Assembly (NCBI GenBank): GCA_016869935.1
Contig: VGCX01000001.1
Location: forward strand, 1-58,727
Direction: 5' to 3'
DNA: 58,727 bases
Source of the DNA: Alphaproteobacteria bacterium
Lineage (GTDB): Bacteria > Pseudomonadota > Alphaproteobacteria > UBA7879 > VGCX01
Shown: piece after piece, positions 55,189-58,727 of the stretch
How positions within the stretch are numbered: the stretch's first letter is position 1
Layout of the letters: every line of letters starts with the position of its first letter
Made by a program: the position numbers and the translations under genes
The notes under the pieces: model-generated
Database searches by the model: none
What the model saw: the letters and a program-made list of their open reading frames with translations, nothing else
Told to the model about the DNA's origin: nothing

Positions 55189-55264
55189 TTCTTATACAAT
55201 TGTGAAACTTTTAGGGTTACTTTAATTTTTTATCGTATTTTTAAGCAGAATCCTAGGAAAAGTT

Positions 55265-56275
55265 ATGACTATTCATAAAACAGATGTAGCAATTATCGGC
55301 GCAGGACCCGTTGGTCTTTTTGCCATCTTTGAATGCGGGATGATGTCTATGAAATGTCATGTCATTGATGCCTTATCAGAAATTGGGGGGCAATGTATTG
55401 CTCTTTATCCAGAAAAGCCCATTTATGACATTCCAGCATGTCCCAAAATTCTTGCAAAAGATTTAATTGCCCGACTTGAAGAGCAAGCGGCCCCTTTTCA
55501 TCCAACCTATCATTTAGGGCAAAATGTTGTAAAACTTTTACCAACAGACGATGAACGGTGGGATCTTGAAACGTCTCTTGGCACAAAAATCAATGCCAAA
55601 GCTGTTATTATTGCCGCTGGTGTTGGTGCTTTTGGACCAAACCGCCCCCCTCTTGATGGATTAGAGGCTTTTGAAGGAAAAAGTATCTTTTATTATGTAA
55701 AAGACCCTAATCGATTCAAAGACCGCACTGTTGTCATTGCAGGCGGTGGTGACTCTGCCGTTGACTGGGCCCTTTCTTTAGCACCTCTTGCAAAGAAAAT
55801 TTATATGGTTCATCGACGCGACAAATTCCGCGCTGCCCCCGAAAGTGTCAATAAACTGCATGCGCTTGCGGATACTGGCGCCATAGAACTTGTTGTCCCC
55901 TATCAACTTGAAAGTGTTCGAGGAGAGCACGGCCAATTAAAAGAGGTAGGCGTCCAAACGCTTGATGGGGAGCACAGAACGCTTCCTGCCGATGATTTGC
56001 TGCTTTTCTTTGGTCTTTCCATGAATCTTGGTCCTATTGCTGAGTGGGGACTCGACCTTCACAAAAATCATATCGAAGTATCGCCTATTAATAACGCAAC
56101 ATCCGCTTCAGGAATCTTTGCAATCGGCGATGTTGCAAGTTACGAAAACAAGCAAAAGCTCATTTTGACAGGGTTTGCTGAGGCAGCTAGAGCCGCTTAT
56201 GTCATTCGTTCCCTTGTTTATCCAGGTGAAGTCTTTCACTTCGAATATTCAACAACACAGGGAGTCCCTAAATAG
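55265..56275 (+). CDS. Thioredoxin-reductase-like ferredoxin-NADP+ reductase (type 2 FNR)
   Basis: 336 aa with DVAIIGAGPVGLFA, a second GGGDSAVDWA motif and GDVA near the C-terminus. Confidence 0.8.
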   Translation: MTIHKTDVAIIGAGPVGLFAIFECGMMSMKCHVIDALSEIGGQCIALYPEKPIYDIPACPKILAKDLIARLEEQAAPFHPTYHLGQNVVKLLPTDDERWDLETSLGTKINAKAVIIAAGVGAFGPNRPPLDGLEAFEGKSIFYYVKDPNRFKDRTVVIAGGGDSAVDWALSLAPLAKKIYMVHRRDKFRAAPESVNKLHALADTGAIELVVPYQLESVRGEHGQLKEVGVQTLDGEHRTLPADDLLLFFGLSMNLGPIAEWGLDLHKNHIEVSPINNATSASGIFAIGDVASYENKQKLILTGFAEAARAAYVIRSLVYPGEVFHFEYSTTQGVPK

Positions 56276-57594
56276 TGCGATTTCGTTACCTTCGACATTT
56301 AGAGCTCATTGCCAGTATCTTATGCTTTGTCTTAGGTGCAACCCTTATTTTGGTAGATATCTACGAAGACCATCAAGTGGATATACAAAAAGATGCTTTT
56401 GAAGAATCCTACGTAGAAGCAGAAGAAGCAGAGCAAGCGCTTGAAGAAGAAGGTACCTCCAAGGTTGTTGCGCGCGAGAAAGAAGTTGCCGGAGAATCAT
56501 TCCTTGTTGAATCACGCATTAAACGAGGGGAAACCCTTGAAAAATTCTTGCAACGCAATAATACAAGTACTGACGAACGGAAGCAAATTGTCCAGGCGAT
56601 CCGTAAATATTTTTCTCCCAAACTTATTATGCCAGGTCACCGTTTTTATTTCAGGTATGATAAAAATTTGCCCGCTCAGCAGAATGTTCTTAAGAAAATT
56701 ATTTTTATTCTGTCTAATACTAAAAAACTCGTTATTACAAAAAACCAGTCAGGAGAATTTGTCTCCCCAGGGCCTCCAGTTTCCTTAAAAACAACGCTTT
56801 CTTATACCCACGGTGGTATCGAAGATAACTTTTACACATCTGCTGTTAAGGCAGGATTAAATGCGTCTCTTGTGAATCAGCTTATTCGTATTTACAGCTA
56901 CTCCATAGACTTTCAACGCGCCCTAAAATCAGGCGATACGTTTGAAGTCTTAGTTGAACACCCTCAAGACGAAGAAACAGGGTATGTTGGGTATGGTGAA
57001 GTTGTTTATGCCACCCTTTTTGTTGCGGGTGGCCCCCTACGTCTTTTCAAACACACTCTAGATGATGGATCCATCGAGTATTTTAATGAAAAGGGAGAGG
57101 GTGCGAAAAAAGCTCTTTTAAAAACACCCATTAAAGGCGCAAGAGTTTCTTCTTGTTTCGGCAAAAGAACTCACCCCATTCGGGGCTATACCAAAATGCA
57201 TCGTGGTGTAGACTTTGCAGCCCCTATTGGAACACCAATCTTTGCCGCCGGAGATGGCTTTATAAAGAAAATGGGCCGCTTACGAGGATTTGGGAATTAT
57301 ATCTTTATTCAACATAGTCAAGATTACGGAACCGCTTACGCGCACCTTCATCGCTACGGGAAAAACATGACGAAAGGGAAGAAAGTAAAACAAGGGGACG
57401 TTATTGGATACGTTGGAATGACTGGCCTTACAACAGGACCGCATCTCCACTATGAAATTCACTATCGAGGCGAAGAAGTGAATCCTCAACTGGTTAATAT
57501 GGCACCACAACAAAGACTGTCAGGAAAGTCCCTAGAAAAGTTTTTACAGGTCATGAGGGATATTGACCAAAAAGCAAAAGCCCTAAGATCCTAG
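56275..57594 (+). CDS. M23-family metallopeptidase (membrane anchored)
   Basis: HRGVDFAAPIGTPIFAAGDG and GPHLHYEI zinc-ligand motifs, an N-terminal TM and a GTG start. Confidence 0.85.
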   Translation: MRFRYLRHLELIASILCFVLGATLILVDIYEDHQVDIQKDAFEESYVEAEEAEQALEEEGTSKVVAREKEVAGESFLVESRIKRGETLEKFLQRNNTSTDERKQIVQAIRKYFSPKLIMPGHRFYFRYDKNLPAQQNVLKKIIFILSNTKKLVITKNQSGEFVSPGPPVSLKTTLSYTHGGIEDNFYTSAVKAGLNASLVNQLIRIYSYSIDFQRALKSGDTFEVLVEHPQDEETGYVGYGEVVYATLFVAGGPLRLFKHTLDDGSIEYFNEKGEGAKKALLKTPIKGARVSSCFGKRTHPIRGYTKMHRGVDFAAPIGTPIFAAGDGFIKKMGRLRGFGNYIFIQHSQDYGTAYAHLHRYGKNMTKGKKVKQGDVIGYVGMTGLTTGPHLHYEIHYRGEEVNPQLVNMAPQQRLSGKSLEKFLQVMRDIDQKAKALRS

Positions 57595-57603
57595 AGAAGA
57601 ATC

Positions 57604-58608
57604 ATGTACATTCTTGGTATTGAAACAAGTTGTGACGAGACTGCAGCCGCAATAGTTACAGAAAAAAAAGAAGTCTTAGCGCACGTTGTTTTTTCTCAGC
57701 TCGAGGCCCATCGAAAGTTTGGTGGTGTTGTCCCTGAAATCGGGGCACGTGCCCATCTAGAAAAAATCCAAGACGTAATCAAGCAAACCCTGCAACAAGG
57801 AAGCCTTGCTTTTGATCAACTGGATGCAATCGCTGCCACCTGTGGCCCGGGACTTATTGGGGGGGTGTTGGTAGGTGCCGTCACGGGAAAATCAATTGCG
57901 GCTTATCTTAAAAAACCCTTCATTGCCGTTAACCATTTAGAAGCCCACGCCCTATCCGTTCGGCTGACAGAAGATGTTCCCTTTCCCTATCTTCTGCTTT
58001 TGGCTTCTGGCGGACATTGTCAACTTATTCATGTCAAAGACCTTGGAAATTATGAAGTATTATCAACAACGATTGATGATGCCGCCGGAGAAACATTTGA
58101 CAAAGTTGCCCGCCTTTTAGGATTTCCCTACCCAGGAGGGCCCGCCGTTGAACAGTGTGCCCTTGGAGGTAATGCCAAAAGATTCCCATTTCCTCGCCCC
58201 CTTTTAAACAAATCAGGATTAGATTTTTCCTTCTCTGGACTTAAAACAGCCGTTCTAAGGACAGTCGAAAGCTTTAAGGGACCCCTTCAAGAGCAAGACA
58301 AAAAAGACATTGCCGCTTCCTTTCAACAAGCTGTTAGTGATGTTTTTGTTGATCGGCTATCTAAAGCACTTGAAGCTGTTCCCACCGTCAAAGATGTCGT
58401 AATTGCAGGAGGCGTTGGGGCCAACCAATTTTTAAGACATCAGTTGCAAACCCTTGTTGAATCAAAAGAAAAACGCTTCATCGCCCCTCCTTTAAAGTAT
58501 TGCACCGATAATGGCGCTATGGTCGCCTGGGCCGGTCTTGAACGATTTCAACAGGGACACACTGACCCCCTAACGTTTGCCCCACGTCCACGGTGGCCTT
58601 TGGGATAA
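57604..58608 (+). CDS. tsaD: tRNA N6-adenosine threonylcarbamoyltransferase TsaD
   Basis: 334 aa with ILGIETSCDETA, VNHLEAH and ASGGH motifs. Confidence 0.93.
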   Translation: MYILGIETSCDETAAAIVTEKKEVLAHVVFSQLEAHRKFGGVVPEIGARAHLEKIQDVIKQTLQQGSLAFDQLDAIAATCGPGLIGGVLVGAVTGKSIAAYLKKPFIAVNHLEAHALSVRLTEDVPFPYLLLLASGGHCQLIHVKDLGNYEVLSTTIDDAAGETFDKVARLLGFPYPGGPAVEQCALGGNAKRFPFPRPLLNKSGLDFSFSGLKTAVLRTVESFKGPLQEQDKKDIAASFQQAVSDVFVDRLSKALEAVPTVKDVVIAGGVGANQFLRHQLQTLVESKEKRFIAPPLKYCTDNGAMVAWAGLERFQQGHTDPLTFAPRPRWPLG

Positions 58609-58637
58609 AAAAAGGCAAACTAAATTGATCAATTTAC

Positions 58638-58727
58638 TATTTGGTCATGATTCTATTATGCATTTGGTCACATATCTAATTGCTATTTGGTCATAGTTCT
58701 ATTATGCATTTGGTCATAAGTCTAATA
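58638..58727. repeat. Four (t/c)atttggtca motifs phased at exactly 23 bp (two ~46-bp units); truncated by the window end
   Basis: tttggtca starts at 58640, 58663, 58686 and 58709. The unit ctatttggtcat(g/a)(a/g)ttctattatgcatttggtca is repeated. Confidence 0.7.

Overview
The window is a visibly AT-rich alphaproteobacterial chromosome segment. Several syntenic blocks (miaB-phoH-ybeY-corC-lnt, ruvAB-ybgC-tolQRA, tsaE-amgK-murU-addB-addA) and a GTA-type terminase relic suggest a Holosporales/Rickettsiales-like intracellular lineage; the taxon is inference only. I support about 60 protein genes and 2 tRNAs (Arg-CCG, Asn-GTT). I found no rRNA genes, CRISPR array, transposase or integrase. The housekeeping backbone is interrupted by several accessory or unusual loci:

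1. **Small-peptide array (25.7-27.0 kb), my top candidate for an undescribed system.** A ~420-bp module is repeated three times in tandem between a LysR regulator and an MFS transporter. Each module carries a conserved 22-codon hydrophobic peptide gene with its own sigma70-like promoter and GGAG RBS. These genes are below the ORF-track cutoff. The arrangement resembles multi-copy type I toxin loci.
2. **Orphan T6SS tip operon (11.5-16.2 kb).** The order is vgrG, MORN-repeat protein, DUF4280 (PAAR-like), SPOR-domain membrane protein, TssJ-like lipoprotein. No core T6SS genes are nearby and no recognisable toxin domain is present.
3. **Bufferin-like RiPP pair (22.6-24.1 kb).** An atypically long DUF2282-like secreted precursor precedes a DUF692/MNIO enzyme. 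No DUF2063 partner is present. A membrane-anchored His-rich repeat protein lies just upstream.
4. **Two unrelated toxin-antitoxin cassettes (33.0-34.6 kb)** that share identical boundary sequences.
5. **A Bro-N/DinD-like gene** inserted exactly at the ruvB/ybgC overlap and flanked by 22-bp direct repeats.
6. **A secreted GH24 lysozyme** split from its signal peptide by a G8 tract.
7. **Smaller relics and repeats:** an antiporter gene relic, a terminase fragment, and phased 23-bp repeats at the window end.

All functional calls come from motifs read by eye in the translations. No database search was run.
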